DNA from: a virus
Taxonomy: Duplodnaviria; Caudoviricetes
IMG/VR virus record: IMGVR_UViG_3300030433_001899
Location: 29,115-93,114 of that record
Length of the DNA: 64,000 nt
Direction: 5' to 3' (one strand)
Shown here: piece after piece, positions 12,501 to 22,900 of the stretch
Position numbering within the stretch: the first letter of the stretch is position 1
Layout: each line of letters opens with the position of its first letter
Position numbers and translations under genes: made by a program
The notes under the pieces: model-generated
What the model was told of the DNA's origin: nothing
Seen by the model: the letters and a program-made list of their open reading frames with translations, nothing else
The model's database searches: none

Positions 12501-15367
12501 TTGATAATGGTGGTGGTAATGCTCACACCATCGATATGTTCAAGAAACTTGAGAAGACAGTTATTTCTATTGATGGCATTGTTCAGCATCCTGTCGCATA
12601 TTCCAAGTTAGACTATCAACTGACAGATAATGGTGGTTCTATTGGTGTTGGTCAGACATTTATCAGTCTGACTGGTATATCATCCATCGGAAGTGGAGAT
12701 CTTCTTAAGATCAATGATGAGTTTGTTAATATTGTTTCAGTTGGTCTTGGAACAACTGCTCTTGGACCTATCACTGGTTCTGGTGCATTCAACCTTGTTC
12801 TTGTCAAGAGAGGTTCACTCGGTAGTGTTGAAACAACTCATAACGATGGAGATGCTGCCGAAGTTCATGTTGGTTCATTCAACATTGTAGGGAGTGAAAT
12901 CAACTTCAAAGAAGCTCCACGAGGAAATGTAACCCGTGCTGTTGATGATGCCAACCTCCCCTTCCCCAAATCTACTTTTGGTGGTCGTGCTTATCTCAGA
13001 AGTGATTATGATACAAACATTATCTTTGATGATACTTCTAAGTCCTTCACAGGTATTGGTGCAACATACACGTTAACAGTTGGTGGTGCTAATACAACAG
13101 GTATTGAAACTGGAAGTGGAATATTGTTCGTAAACAACATCTTCCAAACCCCAACAACTGACAATAATGATGGAAACAACTACATCTTCGAAGAAGGAAC
13201 TGCTGGTATTTCCAGTGTTATCTTCTCAGGCGTTAAAGATGTTAATGGAAACTTAATTCTGTCCGACTATGATGTAAACGTTAACCAGTTGCCTCGTGGT
13301 GGTGTTCCAGTTTCATTTGGCTCAACCAATGGACTTGGTATTGCACCTCTTGTAGGAGCATCCGTAACTGCTTTCGTCACTGGTGGTGTTATTCAAAGTG
13401 TTGGTATCAGCACTCTTGACATTATTGGTTCTGGTTACCGTGGAGTTGTTTCTGTTGCTGTTACCGATACAAATGGTCACGGTGCAGATGTTACTGCAAC
13501 AGTTGGAGCAGGTGGAACTCTTTCCTTTACCGTTAACTCTGGCGGCACTGGATATACTAACCCAATAATTTCAGTACCACAACCATCATATGAAAACCTT
13601 GAGTTTGTAGGGGTATCTAGACCTGGACTTGGTGCTACAACAGAAGTTGGTGAGAACTTACTGGTCAACTTGATTGTTGGTCCAACTTCTGTAACTGGTA
13701 TCGGTTCTACACTCTTTGAAGTTAAGGACTTCAAGATTACAAGACCTGGATACGGTTTCCGTAAAGGTGATGTTATCAAACCAGTTGGTATGGTAACTGA
13801 CAGAGGCATTGCTGCGATGACCGACTTTGAACTCACTATCACTGATGTCTTCAATGATTCTTTTGCTGCCTGGCAGTTTGGTGAACTGGATTATATTGAC
13901 TCCATCAAAGTTTATCAAAATGGAACTAGAACTCGCTTCCCTCTCTTCTACAGAGGTGAACTGAGAAGTTTCGAACTTGATGAAAACAATACCGACTCAC
14001 TTGAAATTGATCTGAATGCTATTCTCCTGGTATTTGTGAATGGTGTTATCCAAGAACCTGGAAAGCACTACAACTTCACTGGTGGTACTTCAATGGTATT
14101 CACTGAACCACCCGATCCCGATGAAGATATTGATATCTTCTTCTACAGAGGAACAAGAGGAACAGATAGTTTCAGTGTTAATATTGTTGAAACTGTAAAA
14201 CGTGGTGATACTCTGAAACTCTATAAAAATATCAATAATCCAAATACAGTTGAGCAAGAGCCAAGAGTTATCTACGATCTTTCATCTTCAGATAAGATTG
14301 AAACTAACCTCTATGCTGGTCTTGGTATCGATGAAGTCAACTTCAGACCAATTAGTTGGACTAAGCAAAAGGTTGATAGAAATATCAGTGGAGAACTGGT
14401 TTATAAAAATAGAGACTCTATAGAACCAATGGTTTTCCCAACATCACGTATTATTGGTGATGTTTCTTTGACCGATACTGAGATATTCGTTGATAACGCA
14501 CAGTTCTTTGACTATGAGCAGAGCACTCCAATTGAAGTTGATGGTGTTATCGTTGCTAATAACACAGACCCTGTTGCTGCTGCCCTGACTGCCACTGTAG
14601 GTCCTAACGGAACTATTACAGATATTACAGTGGTTGATGGTGGTTCTGGTTATCTGACTCCAAATGCAGTTGTTAGACTCTCTGCACCAAAAGCAATAGG
14701 TGTTGGTATTGGAACCACTGCCGAAGCAACTGTTGCTGTTGTAAATGGTTCACTGGTTGTTGGTGGCGCTACGATTGCTAACGCTGGTTTTGGATATACT
14801 CACAGTGCTCCTCCACAAGTTATTGCAGATACCACAGCAGTAAGATATGAAAATGTCTTGAATGCTGATACTGTTGAAGGATGGGTCGGTATTGTTACAG
14901 GTGTGCGTAGCACTGCTGGAACTGGTGGTCATCCACTTGCATTAGAGTTCCACGTTAACTCTTCTACATGGGCAGGTTTGAATGCTGGATATCCAGTATT
15001 CATTAATGGAACACGTTCTGGACATGGAGTTGTTTCTGTTGATGGAAACGATACATCTACAGTTGGTGTTGGCACTACATTTGCAGACAACGTTTACATT
15101 GTTCACCAAGTTTCTAATGTTGCTAATAATGGTATTCTCACCTGCAACGTACTCTCTACAACAAACTTAAGCAACTTCAATGTTTCTGGAACAACGTCTG
15201 AACCATGTGGACGTGTTTCGTGGGGAAGAATTTCTGGTTTCTCTAGAAGTTCAACACCAGTTTCCATTGGAGTTACAGGTTTGACTGTTGACTCTGGTTT
15301 GTCAACATTCCCAACCATTCAAAGAAGAGGCACTGGGTTTAAACAAACTGGTGGAGCAGGTTTATAA
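3557..15367 (+). CDS. gp7: giant baseplate wedge initiator gp7-like structural protein (3936 aa)
   Basis: Lies between gp6 and gp8. N-terminal QLPDFLR...FLKQYY and FYESKGTEESY..IFKVLFG; LVHPTGMKDF motif; many Gly-rich GxGY and HG(F/L)xxGD repeats typical of cyanomyovirus gp7. Confidence 0.85.
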   Translation: MIQTGFEKRVKVQQIVESQLPDFLRAESPKTIDFLKQYYASQEFQSGPSDLSENLDQYLKFDNLTPEVIQGQTTLYSNVSTSDDTIQVFSTKGFPSDYGLFKIGDEIITYTGLTTNTFTGCVRGFSGITSYRTDLDQEELVFQETTSASHTAGDEVQNLSALFLKEFYRKLKYTYAPGFEDVSFVSDLDVNNFLKEVRSFYESKGTEESYNIIFKVLFGETPKVVDLEEFLPKPSSAKYIRREQVVVERVSGDPNKLVGQTIQKSSDPNTQGSVSEVEIFTRSGINTFFKLGLFVGYDDKDLIEGTFVIQPETKVINPVAPGGTTITVDSTVGFGTTGTIIAGDTAITYSDKTINQFLGCQNVVNALPTKTSLRTNETFIGYEDGDITKKVEVRVTGVLKDIKPVNDIVLATEGQKVNVKNVGEKIKNPVEKTYKQLFANSWVYNTSARFFIDTINGSNFDLKSEPDKSNLKVGDKVDVLVESSEVVAAADAEVASINGKQITLNNLGGFSPTVNVEYSVRRKLNTATSSGTPILQGDNILTTDIQNVYNENDEHMYVASNSLPSYDITKTTFNASISSITGAFQNFNAATLKYSILSFPSPVPFVTGDEVVYSTTGNNIIGLPEGSYFVKVLSLSNQIKLYRSRSLIVTDTAEEFDIPSGTQTHTFTLVSQKSNAITPQKLLRKFPIPVNIKNGEASPTAPGATGMFVNGVELLNYKSEDKIYFGPLSDARIYTGGTGYDVINLPNIDIAGNAAVQPVVRGELKEIIVDPQSFDINRVISATLTGGNGSGAILEPIVDRRNRELEFDSRLTTFGGGVDFTNDDISFPVDHKLTSGEALLYNSKGNAGIGIGDYQGSNVIGTNKLNNGSTYYAEVVNNRSIRLYETENDYASGINTVGFTTANNTGTHSFKLRESKNYLKEIKVINPGSGYENRKLFVQPTGVDTVSNSIKFENHGFSDGDVVVYSSDGTLVNGLNTTDQYSVIKLSDDEFRLANSGIGATDLGNFNRNNYVKFATSGVGTQFFAYPDVELTLNVDYGGSSNTITATPVIRGPIVDLYLYDAGSGYGSTVLNFHKKPDIDIEVGKEAEVQVIVSNGRINRAQIINPGSEYTSAPDLNITGDGIGGKLRAVVSDGKLTDVIIINAGIGYSTANTLVKVVPNGQNAFIEASVRHLSVNNHNRFGNEVLTEGVGGLQYAMVGYSTAIGSSEYGDNDSTVHSPIIGWAYDGNPIYGSYGYSDASDSNSDIQVVRSGYVLSPSDVVDRPSGFSNGFFVEDFKFDNSGELDQYNGRFAKTPEFPNGTYAYYAGINSSTYAPTFPFFIGHQYRSVPITQNVDQDFKFESSQLIRNTLPYGVGDLGIDNDFITEPNEIRLSDSTIKSVSKGSVESLIVNESGDGYKVGDVASFDNTGSSGGGVSAAVESLQGKTINELTTTVESYQNVQFVWDKQGQVSGNIIPTHTLLNNDTVIVSGVSTSIKGLSANHKIGVSSESVILFAELPSNATVGVVTDIFVNKIPSTVSVGSTIQINAERLSVLGTFNDRKVIRALRGETVGTAHTASTPLTVITGSFTLPLDVPKFESKLDDKVYFNPLQAVGFGTEAGIGTTRNYVVGNVGKSVNIPTQSLYIPNHPFTDGQQVTFRRLNATSGISVSNAGDSTPFLIPQVADSETMFVIKKSDDVIGLTTVVGLSTGGGLFWRSFGTNSSDEDFQYSLESNYDQVTARVQKIKSTVSVSTSHGLEENDVIQLTVKPSLSVGIGESTAVVVKYNSANDKLSINPIGFGNTAVTVNTDNFELMNHGFLSGDKVFYNSSSAIGGLPVGSYFVNRVDDNNFKLCLTRSDSLASPPIAINLTSQGSGHEISKINPQIPVVENNDLVFDVSDSSLSGYNFKLFYDEEFNNELVSIGTTTTFSVAGVGTVGLSGATVTLNYNESLPAKVYYSLEKSGYISTSDVDVSNNSEILFIESSYNNSYTVSGVGATTFDISIPEYPEKLSYNQGNTDKLSYTTKSAAASGGVNSMQITYGGSGYKKLPKFVSIASTAGVNADIIPDSKSIGRIVEFNVDDPGFDFSADTTLSPEVLFSPNLTIVDRNIVSDIEIVDGGKKYTSAPDLIIADPETGVPYTTGQLKATIQGASVSSVEIIDTPIGISDNKNKVYAINNSNGVGISSVIANSTGIVTCVLVTPVNNFTTAPFAVGDEIFVEGIQKNDSTGTGFNSADYKYQFFKVSQYNATNPARVIFDISSLTTNAGVAVTDSNTYASVIHKNDYPVFNVVQEPKNFIVGEKLLSKSGSTYSQVDLVVQEVQSDNLKVIGRYELSEGEQVFGRDSGTLATIKTIVENRARYVVDYSSTRELGWSDDIGKVNLDYQVLPDNDYYQNLSYTIKSSITYDDVADKVRGLVHPTGMKDFVDTEITSTTSVGPKSGTDAVDTATIDIINTNIDGSTMRVDTINFLDLGIDIDAQNNKSKFIKFANRKLTDYFKCVSNRVLMMDDIANQFSNTDSETNEFVDLNDFSILDGLTRFLVQVKNVNNDERQLTEIYTLPTPNADIITFEKGSVFNTSSKLGDVTGNIDENGVLSLRFTPVDALEQDFDIKVLKENFNTSLAGINTSSIGFVKVTGTNSIVGSGSSANLIVTDNETAFAFVEVIDQTTDERNFVEMFIEKDGTQTNVSQYFLDNAPNNFSTNFIGTFTSYLDSGSIKLNFENTETNSVLVRAKVVSFDDTSVGIGTYRFKAFNQPDGSENSARLQSNFSSGTGVRDIVTLDALDVTSIKSVVQVETGNSTAVHQVLTVNDGIEATTTQMPFLSIGSTSGIGTFGSEFSGSDITMKFYPDASVSGIVTVKAFNELLQTDTDLVNVPNPLEVGTFTQTFLTGAYNAINGPRANRTNFIAQHDGVPIFRKTFNPGISTVLDLTNDTFNIDDHFFNTGERLVYNPGSSFAGVAGTAIQTSGGTDLPTEVYAIRVNKDQFKLASSKSNANSGTALTIIDNGGGNAHTIDMFKKLEKTVISIDGIVQHPVAYSKLDYQLTDNGGSIGVGQTFISLTGISSIGSGDLLKINDEFVNIVSVGLGTTALGPITGSGAFNLVLVKRGSLGSVETTHNDGDAAEVHVGSFNIVGSEINFKEAPRGNVTRAVDDANLPFPKSTFGGRAYLRSDYDTNIIFDDTSKSFTGIGATYTLTVGGANTTGIETGSGILFVNNIFQTPTTDNNDGNNYIFEEGTAGISSVIFSGVKDVNGNLILSDYDVNVNQLPRGGVPVSFGSTNGLGIAPLVGASVTAFVTGGVIQSVGISTLDIIGSGYRGVVSVAVTDTNGHGADVTATVGAGGTLSFTVNSGGTGYTNPIISVPQPSYENLEFVGVSRPGLGATTEVGENLLVNLIVGPTSVTGIGSTLFEVKDFKITRPGYGFRKGDVIKPVGMVTDRGIAAMTDFELTITDVFNDSFAAWQFGELDYIDSIKVYQNGTRTRFPLFYRGELRSFELDENNTDSLEIDLNAILLVFVNGVIQEPGKHYNFTGGTSMVFTEPPDPDEDIDIFFYRGTRGTDSFSVNIVETVKRGDTLKLYKNINNPNTVEQEPRVIYDLSSSDKIETNLYAGLGIDEVNFRPISWTKQKVDRNISGELVYKNRDSIEPMVFPTSRIIGDVSLTDTEIFVDNAQFFDYEQSTPIEVDGVIVANNTDPVAAALTATVGPNGTITDITVVDGGSGYLTPNAVVRLSAPKAIGVGIGTTAEATVAVVNGSLVVGGATIANAGFGYTHSAPPQVIADTTAVRYENVLNADTVEGWVGIVTGVRSTAGTGGHPLALEFHVNSSTWAGLNAGYPVFINGTRSGHGVVSVDGNDTSTVGVGTTFADNVYIVHQVSNVANNGILTCNVLSTTNLSNFNVSGTTSEPCGRVSWGRISGFSRSSTPVSIGVTGLTVDSGLSTFPTIQRRGTGFKQTGGAGL

Positions 15368-15370
15368 ATA
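15363..15370 (+). promoter_or_regulatory. T4-type late promoter
   Basis: TATAAATA overlapping the gp7 stop, 18 nt before gp8. Confidence 0.8.
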
Positions 15371-15388
15371 TAGAAAAAAGCTAGCACG

Positions 15389-16936
15389 ATGGCGGCAATT
15401 GTCACAGATCAGTTTAGAATATTAAATGCGAGCAATTTTGTTGACTCCGTTACTAGTACTTCTAATTCATATTATGTCTTCGTAGGTTTGTCCAACCCTA
15501 CGACATCTGGTTTTGGGCGTGTATCTAACTGGGATACTAATACTCCAGTTCCTACAGATAACACTGATTATCAAAACTTTGTAAGCGATAATATTTCTTT
15601 CGGAAGAAAAGTCACATCTTCTAATGTTAGAAGGTTGATAAGAAAGATTGAATGGTCCAAAGGAACAAAATATGAGATGTATCGTCATGACTACAGTTTG
15701 ACGAACCCATCACCTATTACCAATTCTTCAAGACTTTATGATGCGAACTACTATGTAATGAATAGTGAGTTCAAAGTCTATGTTTGTATTGATAACGGTT
15801 CATCTGGTATCAATACAACTGGTAATGCATCTTTAGACGAACCAACTTTCACCGACCTTGAGCCGTCCAAGGCAGGTGTTAGTGGAGATGGTTATATTTG
15901 GAAATATCTTTTTACAGTTGCTCCTAGCGATATTATCAAGTTTGACTCAACAGACTTCATTGCTCTTGATAATAACTGGTCAACTTCAACAAATGCACAG
16001 GTTGTTGCTGTTCGTGAGAATGGCGACTCTGATGTAAATGATAACCAGATTAAGAAAATATACATTGATAACCAAGGTGAAGGTTATGCAGGCGGTGTAG
16101 GACAAGAAGTAAATATTCTTGGTGATGGTGAAGGTGGAAAGGTTGTTGTTGACGTTGTAAATGGAAAAATCACTAATGCAGTAGTTTCTGCTGGTGGTAA
16201 GGGATACACTTATGGAATGGTTGACTTGGGTTCTCTGAATTCCAGTTCTTCAACCAAAGCAAAATTGATTCCTATCATTCCTCCTTCAAGAGGTCATGGA
16301 TATGATGTTTACAATGAACTAGGTTCTGATCGTGTTCTTGTTTATGCTCGCTTTGACGATTCAACTAGAGACTTCCCAATAGATACAAGTTTCTCACAGA
16401 TCGGTATTGTTAAAAACCCAACCTCTTTTGGTTCAACATCATTATTCACCGAAAACCAGTTCTCATCTGCTGGTGCTATTATCTTCTCATCAAATACTGG
16501 AACACCAGTTATTGGTGAGAGAGTTTTCCAGCAAGTATCTGGTGGAACTGCTAGAGGTTATGTCGTATCATATGACTCTGAGACTAAGGTTCTTAAGTAT
16601 ATTCAAGACCGTTCAACGCAAGTAAACCAAACTACGTTTGATAATCTTGACTATGTTGGAGTATCAACAAATGCTAGGTTGTATTCGTTTGAACCAAACT
16701 CAAACCCAGTAACTACAACTGGTGGTTTCTCAGGTTCTATTGCGACTGGTTTTACTGGTGTCACAACGAATCCTTCTGGAACAAAAATTATTTCGCTTGG
16801 AACTCAGTTTACAAACGGGGTTGCTAGTCCTGAGATAAATAAAAAGTCGGGAGATATTGTATACCTTGATAACCGACCATTGATTACTAGAAATTCTAGA
16901 CAAAAAGAAGACGTTAAAATTATCCTGGAATTCTAA
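15389..16936 (+). CDS. gp8: baseplate wedge subunit gp8
   Basis: MAAIVTDQFRI..A; YVMNSEFKVYVCIDN; DGYIWKYLF; C-terminal YLDNRPLITRNSRQKEDVKIILEF. Confidence 0.92.
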   Translation: MAAIVTDQFRILNASNFVDSVTSTSNSYYVFVGLSNPTTSGFGRVSNWDTNTPVPTDNTDYQNFVSDNISFGRKVTSSNVRRLIRKIEWSKGTKYEMYRHDYSLTNPSPITNSSRLYDANYYVMNSEFKVYVCIDNGSSGINTTGNASLDEPTFTDLEPSKAGVSGDGYIWKYLFTVAPSDIIKFDSTDFIALDNNWSTSTNAQVVAVRENGDSDVNDNQIKKIYIDNQGEGYAGGVGQEVNILGDGEGGKVVVDVVNGKITNAVVSAGGKGYTYGMVDLGSLNSSSSTKAKLIPIIPPSRGHGYDVYNELGSDRVLVYARFDDSTRDFPIDTSFSQIGIVKNPTSFGSTSLFTENQFSSAGAIIFSSNTGTPVIGERVFQQVSGGTARGYVVSYDSETKVLKYIQDRSTQVNQTTFDNLDYVGVSTNARLYSFEPNSNPVTTTGGFSGSIATGFTGVTTNPSGTKIISLGTQFTNGVASPEINKKSGDIVYLDNRPLITRNSRQKEDVKIILEF

Positions 16937-19900
16937 TGCCACAGAAGACTAACTTAAATATCAATCCTTATTTTGATGATTTCGATAAGGACGATAATTT
17001 CTACAAAGTATTATTCAAACCAGGATTCCCTATCCAGGCTAGGGAGTTAACGACTTTACAGTCTATACTCCAGAATCAGGTTGAGAAGTTCGGAAGTCAT
17101 ATATTCAAAGAGGGATCGATGGTGATCCCTGGAAATGTAAACTTTGACGGAGAATATCCATCTGTAAGAGTCAATGCCGATCACCTTGGCATTGACGTTT
17201 CTGTATATGCTGATAAGTTAGTTGGTAAGAAGTTAAGAGGGCAAACTTCAGGTGTCGTTGCTGTAGTTGATAAGTATCTTACATCAACAATGTCATCTGA
17301 CATTGATGACCTCACTCTGTTTGTAAAATATGGCAGAGGTGGAGAAGATGGTGAACAAGGAACTTTTTCTGATGGTGAAGTTCTTATTGTTGAAGAAGGT
17401 TTTACATATGGAAATACCTCCATTGATGCTGGAGATACTGTAGCAACTTTGGTGTCAGAAGATGCCACTTCAGTAGGAACTGCAGCTTCCATTGGTGAAG
17501 GTGTATTCTTCATTAGAGGCACATTTGTTGATGTTGCCACACAAAAAATTGTATTAGACCCATACACCAATACTCCTTCGTATCGTATCGGTTTAACTAT
17601 ACTTGAAGAAGTCATCTCAGCAAAGGAAGATGACTCTTTATATGATAATGCAAAGGGTTTCTCAAACTTTGCTGCCCCTGGTGCAGATAGACTTAAAATT
17701 AGTCTTACACTTTCTAAGAAGTCTCTCAAAGACTATGATGATAAGACCTTCGTTGAGATTCTTAGAGTTGAAAATGGTGAGATAAAGAAACTTCAGAATA
17801 AGTCAACATATAGTATCATCAAAGACTACTTTGCTAAGAGAACTTTCGAAGAGTCTGGTGATTATTCTATTGGAAACTATGGCATCGAAGTAAAAGAAAC
17901 TCTCAACGATAGAGAGTCTAATGAGGGTATTTACTTTGATGATCAAACAACAGACCAAGGTAACACTCCAACTGATGATTTAATGACCGTCCAGGTTTCT
18001 CCTGGAAAGGCATATGTAAGAGGATATGATATTGAAACAATATCAAATACAAATATTGACGTAGAAAAACCCAGAGATAAAGGAACTATTGACTCCGCTT
18101 CTGTCCCATTTGAGTTGGGAACTAAGTTAAGAGTCAACAATGTTCAAGGTTGTCCGTTCATTGGTGTTAATAACGTTGATAACACTGTTGATTTGTTTGA
18201 TGAAAGACTTCCTGCTGGAACTGTCGATCAAAGCACTCTTTTAACAACTGCAATTGGTAGAGCAAGAGTTTATAGTTTTAGTCTTACAGACGCAACTTAC
18301 AGTGATGATGGCACTGAGTGGGATCTGTATCTATTTGACCTTCAAACATTCACAACCATCACTGTAAACCAAAACCTTTCAAACGCACAACTTCCTATTG
18401 GTTCTTATGTTAAAGGTGTAAGTAGTGGAGCATCTGGATACGCTACTGCTGCTGGTGCCTCAAATTCTATTTTCAATCTTACACAAACCTCTGGAACATT
18501 CATCAGAGGTGAAGCAATTGAAATCAATGGAACTCGTGAAGCTCCTAGAACTATTAGGGCTGTTGATGAGCATAGCATAAGAGATGTTAAGTCAGTATTC
18601 CAAAATTCAACTGCTGTTCCTGGAAGCACCTTGGATGGCGACTTTGCTGCAGACACTGTTCTCAAAGAGCACGCAATTCCAGGTTTCAGTCTTACTGATA
18701 AAATTGATATCAACGGAACAACTCTTTCAAGTTCAAGATCTCTTCAAGGACTGAAAGTAGGTGATATTATTTCATATCAGTCAGGAACGAATAATGTTCC
18801 CATTTTCAATAGGGTTACTGTTATTAATGATAGTCTCAAATCAGCAACAGTTGCTGACGTTGTAGACATAACCAATGTTTGTGAAGGTGGTAGAGTTAAT
18901 GGTGAGCACACCATTAAGTTGATGTTGCCTGTCGTCGAAGAGGGTGGTGGACTTTATGCAAGACTTGATGAACCTAATGTTGCATCTGTAAATCTTGGTT
19001 CATCAAGTTTGATCGTCTCTGGTCAAGTAGCATCAAGATCAATTGATTCTCAAGGAGTATTATCTGTCAACATTAATAATACAGGTATCAGTAGTGCACT
19101 ATATTTACCATTTGATGCTGAAAGATACTCTGTTGTTTATGGTGACGGTACTATTGAAGATCTGACCTCAGATCAAGTACAAGTAACTAATGGAGGACAA
19201 CTCCTCTTAATTGGAGGTCTTACACCGAATCAAAACGCTAATGTTGCTTTAAACTACACTGTACAAAAGAACTCTATTCAGAGCAAACAGAAAGAACTTG
19301 TAAGAAGTGAAAAGGTAACTGTTGATAAGTCCAAAACTTCTACAACAAATAATACCTCAGGTCTTACCCAAGCAAGTTTCTATGGTATGAGAGTTGAGGA
19401 TGAAGAAATTTCACTCAACTTTCCAGATGTTGTCGATGTTCTTGCAGTTTATGAGGCAAGAGGAACTGTAGCACCTGTTTTGGATGCCATCGAAGTTCCC
19501 TCTGGTTTTAACTTGAATACTGCATCAGTTCTTGGTGAAGTAATCATCGGTGAAGATGGTGCCAAAGCACAGATAGTCACAAGAGTTAATGGAACAAAAG
19601 TTGAAATAGTCTATCTGAACGACAATAGGTTTAGTGTTGGTGAAACGGTAACCTTCCAAGAGTCTAACATCAAGACAACGGTACAAGTTATTGTTGTTGG
19701 TAACTATCAGGATATTACTGATGAATACACTCTTGATAAAGGTCAGAGAGAACAATTCTATGACTACTCAAGAATAGTTAAGAGAAGAGGATATACTCCT
19801 TCCAGACAACTTCTTATTATCTTTAACAGATTTAATGTTCCATCGAATGATAACGGTGATGTTTACACTGTAAACTCATATGGTGCCGATAGATTTAAAG

Positions 19901-22900
19901 ATGATATTCCACATCTTGCTGACGGTACAAGATTATCTGACACTCTCGACTTTAGACCAAGAGTTGAACCATTTACCTCAACAACTGCTACACCATTCTT
20001 CTTCAACAATAGAGACTTCTCAGCAACTGGCACTAACCCAACTTTAGTTGTAGCTCCTCTTGAAAGTTCTACTTTGGGATATGACTTCTATCTTCCAAGA
20101 ATTGATAGAGTTGTTCTTATTCCAAATAAAACAACTGAGTTTGATAGTCAAGTCAGCGGTGGTTTGTTTACAGTTCTCAAAGGTGTTCCTGCTATCAACC
20201 CAGTAGCACCAGAGAATGATCCAACTGCTATGAACTTAGCAACGATCGAACTTCCTGCATATCTCTATGACGTAAATGATGCTGTCGTAACGACAGTTGA
20301 CAATAGAAGATATACGATGCGTGATATCGGTGCACTTGAAGATAGAATTGAAACTCTTGAAGAGGTAACAAGTCTGTCTTTACTTGAAGTTGATACTAAG
20401 ACCTTCCAAGTAAGAGATGCTGATGGTCTGGATAGATTTAAGAGTGGTTTCTTTGTTGATGACTTCAAAGATACTGGAAGACTTGACGGTGGTGAAACAT
20501 TGTCGGATGTCGATACTGCAAACAGACAACTTATCACACCAGTTGACTGGTATTCTCTCAAACCAGAACTTGCATTAAATCCATCTATTGATACTAACTC
20601 TGCAGACTTCTCAGATAACTTAGAACTTCTTGATAGTAATGTTCAGAAAACTGGTGACCTTATTACTCTCAAGTATTCTGAGAAAGAATGGATTACACAA
20701 CCTCTTGCATCAAGAGTTGAGAATGTAAACCCATTCAATATGATCTCTTTTGAAGGTAGAATCAACCTTCAACCAGCATCTGACCAGTGGGTGAGAAATA
20801 TTTACGTTAGTGGTGGAACCAGAAGAATAACTGGTGACTTCAATGGTTCTTACATTGAAACCATCAGAACAGCACGTAGACCAGATACACACATCAGATC
20901 AAGAAACGTTACTTTCCATGCTACTGGTTTAAGACCACTTGCAAGACATTATTCATTCTTTGATGGAAGTAGAGGTCTTGATGTCATTCCTAAACTCATT
21001 GAAATTTCAATGAACTCTGGAACATTTAGTATTGGTGAAACTGTAAGAGGATATGTAGGTTCCAGACAACTCTTCTCTGCAAGAGTAGTTCAACCAAACC
21101 ATAAGACTGGACCTGGTTCTAATCCAACTACAACATACTCACTGAACCCATATAAGAGAGAAAATAACCTTCCTACTTCATACTCAGCATCTGCTACAGT
21201 ATTGAATATTGACGTAGAATCTTTGAGTGATGAAGTCGTTGGAAGATACAGTGGTTTCATTACAAAGGGAATGGTTCTTCTTGGTGCAACAAGTGGTGCA
21301 CAAGCAACTGTTTCTGATATTAGACTTTATGGTGATACATTTGGAGATATTGATGGTTCCTTCTTCTTTAGAGATCCACTTGCATCTCCACCACCACCAT
21401 TGAGATTCACCACTGGAACTAAGATATTCAAACTGAACTCAAGTTCCACAAACTCCGAACCACTCAAAGGTGATCTTAGAACTAGTACTGCTGAAACTGC
21501 ATATAGAACAAGTGGTATAGTTGATACATATACACAAACAAGAGTTGTTGTTAGAAGACCACCCCCACCACCACGTAGAGGTGACCCACTTGCTCAGTCC
21601 TTCACAACTGATGAGACTGGTGCATTCTTGACTGCCATCGACATCTTTATGGCAGATAAACCTGAGGATGAGAAGTTAACTGTTGAAATTAGAAATATGG
21701 AGTTGGGAACTCCAACGAACGAAGTCATTCAAGACTTTGCTCGTGTTACTTTAGAACCATCGCAGGTTAATATTTCAAACGATGGAACTGTCCCAACTAA
21801 GGTCACATTCCCATCTCCTGTTTACTTAGAACCAGATACTGAATATTGCGTCTGTCTTCTGTCCCCACAGTCAAATGATTATTTGGCTTGGGTTGCAAGA
21901 ATGGGTGAAAAGACTGTTAACACAAGCACTCTTCCAGATGCTGAAAGTGTCGTAGTAACAAAACAGTATGTTGGAGGAAGTTTATTTAAGTCTCAGAACG
22001 GAACTATTTGGACTGCAAGTCAGTTTGAAGATCTTAAGTTCAATCTTTATAAGGCACAGTTTGTCAGTGAAGGAACTGCTTCTTTCTTCAACCCACAAAT
22101 AGATACTGAAACAGAGACAACAAAACTTGTTAGCAATCCTGTTAGAACACTTCCAAGAAAACTGAAAGTTGGTATTGATACCACCGCAGATCCATTGTTA
22201 GATACTGAACTTGCTATCGGTACAAAAGTCGCTGATGGTACAGGAACTGCAGATGTAACTGGTATTGTTGAACAACTTGGTAGAAGAATTAACACCAGTA
22301 GTGGTGTATTAGTCAACCAAGCTGGTGTTGGTTATGATAACGGCACTCACACTGCTGTTCCACTTTATAACATCACTGGTCAAGGTTCAGGTGCTGAAGC
22401 AACAATTACAGTTGCTGGAGGAGTTGTAACTGGAGCAACCATCACTGAAAGAGGTGAAGGTTATGTTAGAGGTGATGTCTTAGGTATCACAACTGCTAAC
22501 GTTGATGATAAGGGTGCTGGAGCAGAACTTTCTGTTAACCAACTTGATGGTATCACCACACTGTATCTTACCAATGTTCAAGGTGAAGCATTTGCTACAG
22601 GACAAAACTTGGTTAGATATGTTGGTAACACTGCCACCGCATATGGTAGCACTGATATCACATCTTCAAGTCAGAACGGTTCACTTTATTCTGGTAATGT
22701 TCTTGAGGTAACTCAGTTCAACCATGGAATGCATCAAAATACTAATGTCTTGACTCTTGCTGATATTGAACCAAATAGTGCTCCTACAACTATTACTTCT
22801 GACCTCGCTATCAGTGGAACGCAAGTATCCGTTGCTGATACAACCATCTTTGGAACTTATGAAGGTATTGGAACTTCTAGAGGTTGGGCAAAGATTAACA

